From positions 58,903-122,902 of the forward strand of contig CAZGLL010000001.1 in assembly GCA_964526225.1 (NCBI GenBank): 64,000 nucleotides of DNA. The letters are read 5' to 3'. Source of the stretch: an uncultured Desulfurococcales archaeon. GTDB lineage: Archaea > Thermoproteota > Thermoprotei_A > EX4484-217-1. How positions within the stretch are numbered: the stretch's first letter is position 1; every line of letters begins with the position of its first letter. The position numbers and the translations under genes were made by a program. The notes below the pieces were generated by a model. That model did no database searches. It worked only from the letters and a program-made list of their open reading frames with translations, and was not told the DNA's origin. Positions 30,170-40,533 of this stretch are shown piece after piece.

Positions 30170-30496
30170 GTGGAGAAAACAATAATTCACTTATTTACTG
30201 CTGATAAGAAACAAATTGTTCGAGCACTAGAGATTATAGAAAGGAAGTTTGGTTCGCCTTTAAAGAAAAACATGTTGAGAAATACCGCTTTAATCATATA
30301 TAGTGGTAGTGTTGACATAGCTCCCCTCATAGAACTTGGTAGAAAAGGTATTGACATATTTACGCTAAGAATTTCTAATAGAGGTAAAATAACTGATGCT
30401 TCATTAATTATGGATAAGATTTATAGGGTGGATGAAAACGCTGTAAAAACTCTGATAAGAATTTATCCTTTACTTGCAAGTGAAGTGTACATGTAA
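30170..30496 (+). CDS. Hypothetical protein
   Basis: 108-aa ORF, 3 bp after the previous gene. Confidence 0.3.
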   Translation: MEKTIIHLFTADKKQIVRALEIIERKFGSPLKKNMLRNTALIIYSGSVDIAPLIELGRKGIDIFTLRISNRGKITDASLIMDKIYRVDENAVKTLIRIYPLLASEVYM

Positions 30497-30505
30497 CATT
30501 CTACC

Positions 30506-30901
30506 TCATAGTGAAAGTATTTCTTGAACAGGCTCTACAAAGCCTAGAGAAGCTAATGCATATACAAGAAATGTGTAGAAAACTGAAACAATGATATATT
30601 TGATAATGACCTTCTTTGAAGGGGAATTAAACGTACTACCTGTTATTGCCTTTTCCGCTCCAATATGCATTAGTATGAAACCTAAAACGTTTGTAAAATT
30701 ATAGTATATTATAAAGGCTATGGAGAATAGACTTTTGGAAATAAAAAACACTGTAATGCTGGCTAAAACATAAGATATCGGTATGTTTACGAAAACATCA
30801 TTCCACCATGAGAGAGGCGATAAGATATAGCCTATAAAAGCTATTATTCCTCCTTCAACCCTATCCTTAGTCTTGCTCTTGGACATCTCTGAAGCACTCA
30901 A
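30506..30901 (-). CDS. Hypothetical membrane protein
   Basis: 131 aa with 3-4 predicted TM segments. Confidence 0.35.
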   Translation of the reverse strand: MSASEMSKSKTKDRVEGGIIAFIGYILSPLSWWNDVFVNIPISYVLASITVFFISKSLFSIAFIIYYNFTNVLGFILMHIGAEKAITGSTFNSPSKKVIIKYIIVSVFYTFLVYALASLGFVEPVQEILSL

Positions 30902-30906
30902 AGAAG

Positions 30907-31701
30907 TTACTTTCTTCCTTCTAAGTATTCTTCTAACTTTCTTGCTTTTTCTTTTAAACCTTTAGCTAAATAGATTTCGTGAAGTCTCTTAGCTACATCG
31001 TCTCTATGCTCTATTTTAAAGGACTCTTCATAAGCTTCCAAAGCTTTATCAATATCACCCATTTTTTCAAAGGAATAGCCTATTTTAGCCCATAGACGAG
31101 CATTTTCCTTATTTAAAATGGTAGCCTGGGTATAGTAACTAAGAGCTTTCTGGAAATCTTCTCTTATGAAGTATAGGTCTCCAAGCCCTTCGAGAGCCCT
31201 ATGGTTTTCTCTATTTAAACTAATTGCTCGCAAATAGTAATTTTCCGCCTTCTTCCATAGATCGCGCCAAATGTTACCGTATTTTCTTTTATCTAAGCCC
31301 TCAACGATTTTCCTATAAGCATCACCTAATATTACGTATGTTTCATCATTTTCAAGACCCTTTATTGAAACCATAAGTCTTTCTATAGTTTCAGCGAGTA
31401 GTATTGGGTTAATTTTTTCTCTAAAAAATCCTGTTCTATCTTCAAACCAGGCTATAATTAATCCTTCGAGAATTTTTACTATATCCGGAGTAAACATGTA
31501 ATAGTATCTTGCTGAAAGTTCGTTTAGTCCTCCATAAATTTCGTTTAAAACTTCTGCTGCGAAAACCTTAATCCATGAGTAGTTTTTCTCCTCAATAATC
31601 TTATTTACTTGCGAAATAAACTCACCAACTTCATTAACGTCAATGTTCTTTTTCAAAACCTTAAGAACAACATCTATTGCATTATTGCTTTTCGTGCTCA
31701 T
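30907..31701 (-). CDS. Tetratricopeptide (TPR) repeat protein
   Basis: Repeated A..Y/W...G...KA..Y TPR-like units through the C-terminal half. Confidence 0.7.
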   Translation of the reverse strand: MSTKSNNAIDVVLKVLKKNIDVNEVGEFISQVNKIIEEKNYSWIKVFAAEVLNEIYGGLNELSARYYYMFTPDIVKILEGLIIAWFEDRTGFFREKINPILLAETIERLMVSIKGLENDETYVILGDAYRKIVEGLDKRKYGNIWRDLWKKAENYYLRAISLNRENHRALEGLGDLYFIREDFQKALSYYTQATILNKENARLWAKIGYSFEKMGDIDKALEAYEESFKIEHRDDVAKRLHEIYLAKGLKEKARKLEEYLEGRK

Positions 31702-31770
31702 CAGTTTGACCTCTAAATGATTCTTTCCTACGTTCTTTCCTAAGTTTAAACTATTGTATCTAACTTTCGT

Positions 31771-32564
31771 TCAAATGAGCCCGAGCAGTATGAATATGTA
31801 TACTTCAGCTAGTGCTAGAATTGTTGATAAAATAATTGATTTTGATGCTGTTTCAACATTAAACCCATAGACATAAGCCAATACAGCATTAGCTGTTGCT
31901 GGCGGCATTATTGATTCAAGCATTACTTGTTTAAAGATTAAGGTTTCCCCAACTAAAACTATACCAAGAGTAAAGTGCATAATAGGTGAAATAATGTGTC
32001 TCCAAAATATGATAAATAATATTGGAAATTCTACCAAGACCTTTAAGCTCTTAATAATGGGTAAGCCTAGACCGACGATTACAGCACTCAAGTAAACGCC
32101 TACTGTACTTAAAACATTTGGAATATCTCATAATACTGAAGGAGCTAGTTCATTAAGATTAAAGCGGCTAAACACTATTCCCACAATTCCGGCGTAAATG
32201 ATTATGTTTTTACCTATCTTCCTTAAGGATAAAGCCAGTATTTGTGCTTTCATCCATGAAAGAAAAGCATGGATGAAAGCACATCAGCTATCACATAATG
32301 TATTAGAATCATAGTATATGCATAAACAATTACTGGAACAATGTTTCTGTAAAGTGAAAAAGCAAGAGGTATAGGTAGGAAAGCACAATTCTGAAATATT
32401 ACCGATAAGACGGTAGAACCGATGAGACTTGTATCGTTTTTCACTATATGCTTATCAATGTAGATAGTTAAAAGCAGTGATAATGAAATGTACGCTATAA
32501 TTATTAGCTCTATGCTTACATGTTCAAGAGAAAACTTTGTTTTAGCAAGACTATTAAATATCAT
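31771..32564 (-). pseudogene. Disrupted AEC-family (auxin-efflux-carrier / malate-permease-like) transporter gene
   Basis: Two ORF fragments (32250..32564 N-terminal, 31771..32091 C-terminal) are both AEC-like membrane segments. My translation of the gap shows a frameshift at about 32250-32260 and an in-frame TGA at about 32126. The break coincides with a 15-bp perfect palindrome. Confidence 0.55.
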
Positions 32565-32710
32565 TATCGGAAGAAAAACTTGAACGCTATTTTGGAAAGC
32601 TTTGTACTTATTTTCTCCTTTAAACCTAGAAGGACAAGGACGTAACCTAAGATGGTAAGAAGAACTATTTTCAGTACATTCTCTAATATTATAATATCAC
32701 ATATACCTTA

Positions 32711-32773
32711 TGGATCAGGGGGCTCCTAAGTCTTCATCCCCTAATGGGTCGAGCCCGCCACAGTCATCACTTC
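32711..32773 (-). ncRNA. Candidate C/D box sRNA
   Basis: Reverse strand reads GUGAUGA (C), CUGUGGCGGGCU (12 nt), CGAC (D'-like), GAUGAAGA (C'-like), CUUAGGAGCCCC (12 nt), CUGA (D). GC-rich island. Confidence 0.45.
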
Positions 32774-32807
32774 TAAATTATAGTTATTTAATAGAGAATC
32801 TTTAAAC

Positions 32808-33452
32808 TTGACCCCTATAGAAAATGTATTAAGGAAGTGGGTGGTTTTGTCTTCAGATAAAGAATACTTAATGATAGAGGTTGAAGATAGTTTTCTAAAT
32901 GCCTTAAAAACTTTGGCTCAAATTACAGGTAAGAACGTAAATGAAATAGCAGGTGAGCTACTTTCACTAACTGAGCCTATACTTAGGAAAGCTATTGAAG
33001 ATAGGATAACAAGCTTTAATAGGTTAAGAGAGGAACTTCATAGAACATTTCTTGACTCATTGAACATTAGGGCTCTTGAAGAGGACATATTAGAAAGCAT
33101 CGGGGGTAATAAGTTTTTTATGTTAGAGGAAGTTGATGTGAACCTAGACGAAAATACGTTATTTCTTATGTTTCGAGAACTTGAATCATCTCCCTTCGGT
33201 ATTGGTGATTTATGGATTAAATTTAGTCTAGTACCTAGGAAATTGGGGTTTACGTTTTTCATGACAAAATACGTAAGGAGTAAACCAACAATTAAACCTC
33301 CATGTAAATTAGAATATAGCGTTAGAACTAAGGAACATTTAAACAAGCTTCTCGTAACGGTTGAATTTAATGTTAATAATTTAAAAGATAAATCAATAAT
33401 TAATGAAGCATTAAGTGTAATCGGGATGTTAAGGAAAAATTTGGAGAGTTAA
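32808..33452 (+). CDS. Hypothetical protein
   Basis: 214-aa ORF. Confidence 0.35.
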   Translation: MTPIENVLRKWVVLSSDKEYLMIEVEDSFLNALKTLAQITGKNVNEIAGELLSLTEPILRKAIEDRITSFNRLREELHRTFLDSLNIRALEEDILESIGGNKFFMLEEVDVNLDENTLFLMFRELESSPFGIGDLWIKFSLVPRKLGFTFFMTKYVRSKPTIKPPCKLEYSVRTKEHLNKLLVTVEFNVNNLKDKSIINEALSVIGMLRKNLES

Positions 33453-33454
33453 AA

Positions 33455-33716
33455 ATGAGTTTAAGCAATTTAGAGCTTGAAATTCTGAAGAAAGTAACTA
33501 AGGGTTCTTGGAATTTTCAAGGAATTTCGCAAGAACTAAATGTGCCTATTTCTCACGTGAAAGTAGTTGTCGAAAATCTTGTCAGAAAAGGTTATTTAAG
33601 AAAAATAGAATGTACAGAAACTGTTTGCACTAAATGTCCTTTAAGAAAGGCTTGTCCTTTCAGCTATGTTCCTTTGAATATAGTTACGTATGTGATAACT
33701 GAGAAAGGAATCAGTA

Positions 33717-33742
<26 letters not shown>
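33455..33742 (+). CDS. Small winged-helix protein with a C-terminal Cys cluster
   Basis: 95 aa. wHTH-like segment followed by CTETVCTKCPLRKACP. Confidence 0.4.
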
Positions 33743-34946
<1,204 letters not shown>

Positions 34947-35038
34947 AATCTAAGTCACCTTAAAGGTTTCCTCTATGTTTTTAAGAATAAACCTAGCATC
35001 TCTATAAACAGTTTCCCTCATACAAAGTTACGGGGAGC

Positions 35039-35464
35039 ATGATTATGAATATGAGAAAGTGTAGGAAATCATTAAAGGTAAAAAAGGAAATTCTATATGC
35101 CATATTATGTGAAGCGAAACGAAACTTAATTGAAATATGTGGTTTACTCTTTGGTACGATATCTAAAGGAAGTTTTAATGTTTTAAGCTATGCTTTAATA
35201 AGGAATGTTGAAAATTCCTCTGTAAGCTTCAAAATGGATCCTAGGGAGATGTTTAACGAAATAATCAAGCACAGAAATAAGTCTATGGACATTGTTGGTC
35301 TATTTCATTCACATATGACATCGGTAGCTCCTTCGTCAAAGGATCTTTATTACATGAGATTATGGAATGTCCCATGGCTTATAGTTGATAGGAATGGGAA
35401 CTTTTCAGCCTATCTAATAGAAAATGGTGAGCTATGTTTGGTTGAAACTATTGTTGTTGAGTAG
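35039..35464 (+). CDS. JAB1/MPN/Mov34 (JAMM) metalloprotease
   Basis: JAMM motif E...HSHMTSVAPSSKD. 141 aa. Confidence 0.75.
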   Translation: MIMNMRKCRKSLKVKKEILYAILCEAKRNLIEICGLLFGTISKGSFNVLSYALIRNVENSSVSFKMDPREMFNEIIKHRNKSMDIVGLFHSHMTSVAPSSKDLYYMRLWNVPWLIVDRNGNFSAYLIENGELCLVETIVVE

Positions 35465-36089
35465 TTTTAGGTCTAGGAACTCTTCTTCCATTACCTAAAA
35501 CCCAAAATTCTCCATCACTTCTTCTTTCAAGCTTCCATATAGGTGTTTCATGTTTAACCTTTTCAAGAACTTCTCTTGCAATATCAAATGCTGTTTTTCT
35601 ATCGATAGCTGAAACAAATATGTAAACTGTTGACTCCTTAGGTTTAAGCCTAGATACTTTATGGTATACTCTAACATCTATAACATTAGGTTTCCTAGAA
35701 TACTCCTCGGCTATTTCCTTAAGCTTAGCGTTAGCAAAAGGTTTATAGGCATCATATGATAACTCATAAACTTCAACGTTGCCTTCAACTAATCCTTTAA
35801 CGAAACCTATGAAAACAACAACAGCTCCGCTCCTGATAAATTCAGGGTTCTTCTTCATTTCCTCAATAATGCCATCGACACTAATATCTTCTTCAATTAT
35901 GAAGCCTTCAGGAAATCCTCCAGAAGCAGGAGGAAACAGAAACACTTCATCATTATTCTTAAGTTCCCTATTTTGATCAGCTGGTTCACCATTTACAAGA
36001 ACAATTATAGGTTCTTCAGGTTCTGTTTCATCAATGTAGTTTGCTATTTGAGGATACCTCTTTACCAGCGTTTCTATGAGATCTTTCAC
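35448..36089 (-). CDS. MoaD-MoaE fusion (molybdopterin synthase small and large subunits in one polypeptide)
   Basis: N-terminal beta-grasp ending in FPPASGG (MoaD-like Gly-Gly) is directly followed by a MoaE-like domain (VVVFIGFV...VYHKVSRL...ETPIWKLE). Confidence 0.7.
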   Translation of the reverse strand: MKDLIETLVKRYPQIANYIDETEPEEPIIVLVNGEPADQNRELKNNDEVFLFPPASGGFPEGFIIEEDISVDGIIEEMKKNPEFIRSGAVVVFIGFVKGLVEGNVEVYELSYDAYKPFANAKLKEIAEEYSRKPNVIDVRVYHKVSRLKPKESTVYIFVSAIDRKTAFDIAREVLEKVKHETPIWKLERRSDGEFWVLGNGRRVPRPKTTQQQ

Positions 36090-36184
36090 CTTAGCTCCTT
36101 CAGTAAGTTCGATAGATATTCTTTCTGAACCTACAATGTCTCTATATATGGCAAATAATCTAACATTAACTTTAATACTTATTC

Positions 36185-36400
36185 ACCTCTCGTACCGTAT
36201 CTAGAGGTCTGACCCTTATGGTGGGTCTTCATCCCTCATGGGCTTTCTCTACCCCCGCTTTTCGGAAGCCTGGCTTCACAGCCTTAGCCGCCCGCATCGC
36301 TCCACCAGACTCCCTTGAGCGAAGGTAGAGAGGTTTGGGGAGCTTCACCCTTATCTCTCGACTGGTCATCGCTCGTTCACTCCCCACATCCCACATCTCT
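36185..36400 (-). ncRNA. GC-rich, highly self-complementary non-coding element of unknown identity (candidate structured RNA)
   Basis: About 58% GC island in a roughly 35% GC genome, with no ORF of 60 aa or more in any frame. On the reverse strand there are multiple nested helices, including a GGCU-GUGA-AGCC GNRA hairpin, GACCC-N7-GGGUC, CGCUC-N13-GAGCG and GGGGAG...CUCCCC. The strand call rests on the GNRA loop. Confidence 0.4.
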
Positions 36401-36576
36401 TTCTAGCGTAAAACAAATATAAATTTTACGTAAATATATATAGTGGTGTACTGTTGTGGAGCAATATGTTTTCCACGCCAAGATAAGCAAATGTAGCGGG
36501 AGGAAGCTGTGTATCTATATTCCTAGGGAGATTGAAGATAGGTTAAAACATTTACATGGTCAAGAGGTGGTAGTAG

Positions 36577-37716
36577 TTGTCATTAAACCTGATGCCTAAG
36601 ATAATAGCAGATAAGGAAACACAAGAACAGTTCATGTACATAACAATTAATGGTAGACTAATACCAAAAAGTAATGAAAACTATATGAAATTATGTTTAC
36701 TAGCATACCGTTTCAAACAGGCAGTTAAGCATGGGATAAACCTTGTATTGAGTGATGTACCTCAAAAGCAAGCATACAAGGAATTAGCGAAAATACTACC
36801 AAGTAGCATCTATGGCGAAACGGCATATAAGTATGCAAAGTTATTAGTGGAAGGAGCAAGAGAACAAGTCAATAATGAAGTAATTGTTAATAGAATAAGC
36901 ACAAAGAGGAAATGGATAGCATCAAGAGGGGGAGTAACATGGAGAGGAAACCTAAACATAAAATTGATATCCACAGATAAGGTGCTAGTAAGATATTATG
37001 ATGGTGAGTGGTTAGAATTTAAGGTAAGGTTTGGAGAAAAGTATCTACCGTTAGTTAATGAGTTAATAGAACTCGCTAATCAGAAGAGAACAAGTTATGG
37101 TGCATCTATAAGCTTTAAGAACGGTAAACCATATATTCACGTAGAGCTTCCTTTATGGTTATACCTGAAACACCTTTTAGCACCTAAACCTAACGGTTAT
37201 GGATTGATAGCTGGATTTGATATTAATAGTGATAGGCTTAATGCAGTGATTATTGATAGAGAATGTGAGATTATTGCTTTAAGAACCTTCTGGTATAGTG
37301 AGGCAATATCTCATGGTTTTCCTAGGAATAAAGCTAAATGGATAAGACTTAACGCCTTAGCCAAAGCTTTGAAGTGGTGTAGAAGGATAGGAGTAGACTA
37401 CGTGGTGTTTGAGAACTTGACAAAAATAAAAACTAGGAGGTTTACAAGCATCCCAAATGCTAACCGTAAGATAGCTAAATTCCCTAAGAAACAGCTCCTT
37501 AAAAATAGTATTATTAAAGCACTTAAACTTAGATTCACAGTTATACTGGTAAATCCTAGGGGGACGAGCAGTAGTATAGCACATAAGCAGATTATGAGAG
37601 AAAAAGGATTAGACAAACATGCAACAAGCGCTTACATAATAGCTTATAGAGGATTAAAGACGCTTAAAGAACAAGAACCCTCAATAACCCCCTCAACAAC
37701 ATCCACCATAAACTAA
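36577..37716 (+). CDS. TnpB-like RuvC-fold nuclease (IS200/IS605 OrfB-like) lacking the zinc finger
   Basis: RuvC-I GFDINSDRLNAV, RuvC-II VVFENL, TnpB-like NPRGTSS segment with no CxxC...CxxC, RuvC-III-like DKHATSAYIIAYRGL. Starts on TTG in the ORF track. Confidence 0.65.
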   Translation: MSLNLMPKIIADKETQEQFMYITINGRLIPKSNENYMKLCLLAYRFKQAVKHGINLVLSDVPQKQAYKELAKILPSSIYGETAYKYAKLLVEGAREQVNNEVIVNRISTKRKWIASRGGVTWRGNLNIKLISTDKVLVRYYDGEWLEFKVRFGEKYLPLVNELIELANQKRTSYGASISFKNGKPYIHVELPLWLYLKHLLAPKPNGYGLIAGFDINSDRLNAVIIDRECEIIALRTFWYSEAISHGFPRNKAKWIRLNALAKALKWCRRIGVDYVVFENLTKIKTRRFTSIPNANRKIAKFPKKQLLKNSIIKALKLRFTVILVNPRGTSSSIAHKQIMREKGLDKHATSAYIIAYRGLKTLKEQEPSITPSTTSTIN

Positions 37717-37783
37717 TATTCAATACTAAGAATTCACACTTGTTCTAGAATATGTGTTGCTTTATATTTTGTCTATGTTTAAG

Positions 37784-39190
37784 CTAAACATCCATGTACA
37801 TATAGAATTCGGCGGGAGAAGGAATTGCTTCTATGAATTTTACTTCTCTCCTTTTTAATTCGATGTAATCATCTAAAGCCGCTTTGGGAAATATTGGGTG
37901 AAGATATTCTCTATCGGACTCAAGCTCATCAAGAGCTTCCCAGAGTGTTCGTGGAAGTTCTTTGATTCCTAACCTTTTTCTCTCTTCCTCGCTCATATGG
38001 TAAATGTTCTTATCAACGGGATCTTCGGGCTCTATTTTCTTCTTAATTCCATCAAGCCCTGCTGCGAGTATTGCAGCAAATGCTAAGTATGGGTTAGCTG
38101 ATGGATCAGGTGGTCTATACTCTATTCTTTTTTCACTCTTAACACCCCTATGGTAGGCAGGCACTCTTATTGCAGCGCTTCTATTACCTCTACTCCAAGC
38201 AAGATATACTGGAGCCTCATAGCCTGGGATAAGCCTCTTATAGCTATTAGTTGTTGGGGAAACTATTGCTGAGAGAGATCTTGCGTGTTCTATAAGTCCC
38301 CCTATGAAGTATCTACCTAGCTGGCTTAATTCCGCGTATTCATCGTTTTCATCATAAAAGAGGTTCCTACCGCTAGTATCCCAAAGGCTTACATGAACAT
38401 GCATTCCTGAACCATTATCCCCATAGATCGGCTTAGGCATAAATGAAGCATACATACCATATTTTGCAGCAACATTTTTTACAACATATTTTAGGGTTTG
38501 AACATTATCTGCAGTTCTAACTAAACCTCCATATTTGAAATCTATTTCGCATTGACCTGAAGAAGCAACTTCATGGTGATGTGCTTCTACTTCGACATTG
38601 AAGTATTTTGTTAAAATTACTGATGCTTCGCTTCTAATATTGTATACTATATCGTAGGGGTCTGGAGTGTAATATCCTTCCTTTACACGTATGAAAAGAG
38701 GGTTAACAGAAGTACTTCTTTCTTTAGAAACTATTGAAAGGGATTGTTTTACTCCCGGATTTTCAAAGTCTAGCTCTACTTTATCGAATATGAAGAATTC
38801 TACTTCAGACCCCCAAAGACTAATGTAACCTTGGTCTTTGGCGTATTTCTCGGCTTTTTCAGCTATATATCTTGGATCTTTTTCTAGCCTGCCCCTATTG
38901 AACCCCCAATAAACCTTACCTATGAATCTAGCCGTAGACTTTTTCCACGGTATTATTGCAAAAGTTTCTGGATCAGGCTTAAGAACTAAATCACTTTCAT
39001 CTATTGTTGAAAATCCCTTTATTGAGCTACCATCTAATTTACCAAAACCTTTTATCGTTATTTCATTTGAAAGCTTACTTGTTGGAAACGTTATAGAGTG
39101 GAGTTTACCAAGTAGCGAGGTGAAGTGGACTTCTATCCATTCTATGTTTTTCTCCTTTACCATCTCCACTATTTCGCTATGGTTCATCAT
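37784..39190 (-). CDS. glnA: Glutamine synthetase, type I
   Basis: 468 aa with GS beta-grasp and catalytic-domain motifs (MHVHVSLW, NSYKRL). Confidence 0.9.
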   Translation of the reverse strand: MMNHSEIVEMVKEKNIEWIEVHFTSLLGKLHSITFPTSKLSNEITIKGFGKLDGSSIKGFSTIDESDLVLKPDPETFAIIPWKKSTARFIGKVYWGFNRGRLEKDPRYIAEKAEKYAKDQGYISLWGSEVEFFIFDKVELDFENPGVKQSLSIVSKERSTSVNPLFIRVKEGYYTPDPYDIVYNIRSEASVILTKYFNVEVEAHHHEVASSGQCEIDFKYGGLVRTADNVQTLKYVVKNVAAKYGMYASFMPKPIYGDNGSGMHVHVSLWDTSGRNLFYDENDEYAELSQLGRYFIGGLIEHARSLSAIVSPTTNSYKRLIPGYEAPVYLAWSRGNRSAAIRVPAYHRGVKSEKRIEYRPPDPSANPYLAFAAILAAGLDGIKKKIEPEDPVDKNIYHMSEEERKRLGIKELPRTLWEALDELESDREYLHPIFPKAALDDYIELKRREVKFIEAIPSPAEFYMYMDV

Positions 39191-39347
39191 AGATCAACTT
39201 CACTCATATACAGAGAATCCGTAACACATGAACATTATATATAGTTTAGTACCATAGTGGCTGAACAATTATTAATTATATACTATGGTTAATTAAACAG
39301 GTAATTAAAGTATTAGGTTCTCAGAAAAAGGGTTCTTATAAAAAAGT

Positions 39348-39623
39348 TTAAGATTTAAACGCTTTTTCTAGAAGTTCGGCTACGTCATCTAATGTAAAGC
39401 CTAGTGCGGTTATTTTTTCAGAGTACTCTCTAAGAACACTTTTTGCTTCTTCCAGATTACATCCCTTGAGTTTGTTTTCTAATTCTTCAAGCGCTTCCTG
39501 AGGATATACGAAAAAGTCGCCGCTAATTATAATGTCATGGATTCTTTCATCATCAGTTATTTCTATATCTACTTTGACTGTTTTTCCACCTTTAATTTTC
39601 TTAAGAACACTAGTTTTCTTCAC
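39348..39623 (-). CDS. Lipoate-protein ligase accessory (C-terminal) domain protein, LplB-like
   Basis: 91 aa, 7 bp downstream of the LplA catalytic-domain gene. Split LplA/LplB arrangement as in Thermoplasma. Confidence 0.55.
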   Translation of the reverse strand: MKKTSVLKKIKGGKTVKVDIEITDDERIHDIIISGDFFVYPQEALEELENKLKGCNLEEAKSVLREYSEKITALGFTLDDVAELLEKAFKS

Positions 39624-39629
39624 TAGAAC

Positions 39630-40385
39630 TCACCTCTTAAATATCCACTCTTTTGACCTATATTTTTCAACAAGCTTCCTTGCTAATTCGATTTCTTTTT
39701 CTGTAAGTTCTCCCTTTTCGAATTCGACATTAAGTGCTTTGGAGAAACCCTCAATCAGCGCTTCAATAGTTTCTTCTTTAGTTACTGTTCTGCCTAATTC
39801 CCTTGAAAGAGTTGTTACCCTTTCAAGAATAGACTTAACCCCATGACTAATTAGTTTCTCTTTAGGCGCCTTAAGTGTCGAAGCTAAAGTGACTAAGTCT
39901 GTATTATACATTAGTGTTCCATGCTGTAAAAGCGCTGTTTTCTTTCGTGATTGAGCACTACCTGAAATCTTTTTACCATTAACGACAACATCGTTTATAG
40001 GAACGAATCGCGCTTTTAACCCGAACTTCTCTATAGCATAAACTAACCCTTTACATATTATCTCATAGCTTTTTAACACATCCGTAGCAACATCGCTTAT
40101 TGAAGCAACAATAGAATATGTTACTTCACCGTTTACATCGTGATATACTGATCCACCGCCAGTTATTCTTCTAGTAATCAATATTTTACGTTTATTAAGA
40201 AATTCTAAGTTTACTGCATCATTTACCCTTTGGAAATAACCTATGGTTACTGCGCTTGGATTAAACACGAATAATCTAAGAGTATTAGGGATTTCCCCTT
40301 TATCTTTAAGTATGAGCATTGCTTCATCAATAGCCATATTCCAGTATGCATCTCCTTCGTTAATAATTAATCTCCATTTCTCCAT
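39630..40385 (-). CDS. lplA: Lipoate-protein ligase A, catalytic domain
   Basis: RRITGGGSVYHD and the lysine-containing SAQSRKK motif of the BPL/LPL catalytic domain. 251 aa. Confidence 0.8.
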   Translation of the reverse strand: MEKWRLIINEGDAYWNMAIDEAMLILKDKGEIPNTLRLFVFNPSAVTIGYFQRVNDAVNLEFLNKRKILITRRITGGGSVYHDVNGEVTYSIVASISDVATDVLKSYEIICKGLVYAIEKFGLKARFVPINDVVVNGKKISGSAQSRKKTALLQHGTLMYNTDLVTLASTLKAPKEKLISHGVKSILERVTTLSRELGRTVTKEETIEALIEGFSKALNVEFEKGELTEKEIELARKLVEKYRSKEWIFKR

Positions 40386-40533
40386 GAAAATTACACCTAC
40401 TGCTTAACTTGTTAGCTCATAATGAATTATTACATAAATATTATTGCTTATAGTAAAATATTTATTTACATGTTTATAAAGAGCAAGTGCCCTTAAGAAG
40501 TTAGGTTAAATTTAGATAAAGGGTCCTACAGAG

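Noticed and set aside
36185-36400. Identification of the GC-rich element as RNase P RNA, SRP RNA or an rRNA fragment
   Set aside because: There is no GGAAAGUCC (RNase P P4). There is no CGGAAGGAAGCAGC-type SRP helix-8 motif. The only rRNA-like similarity is a 10-nt GUACGAGAGG match, which is too short to be meaningful. The identity is left open.
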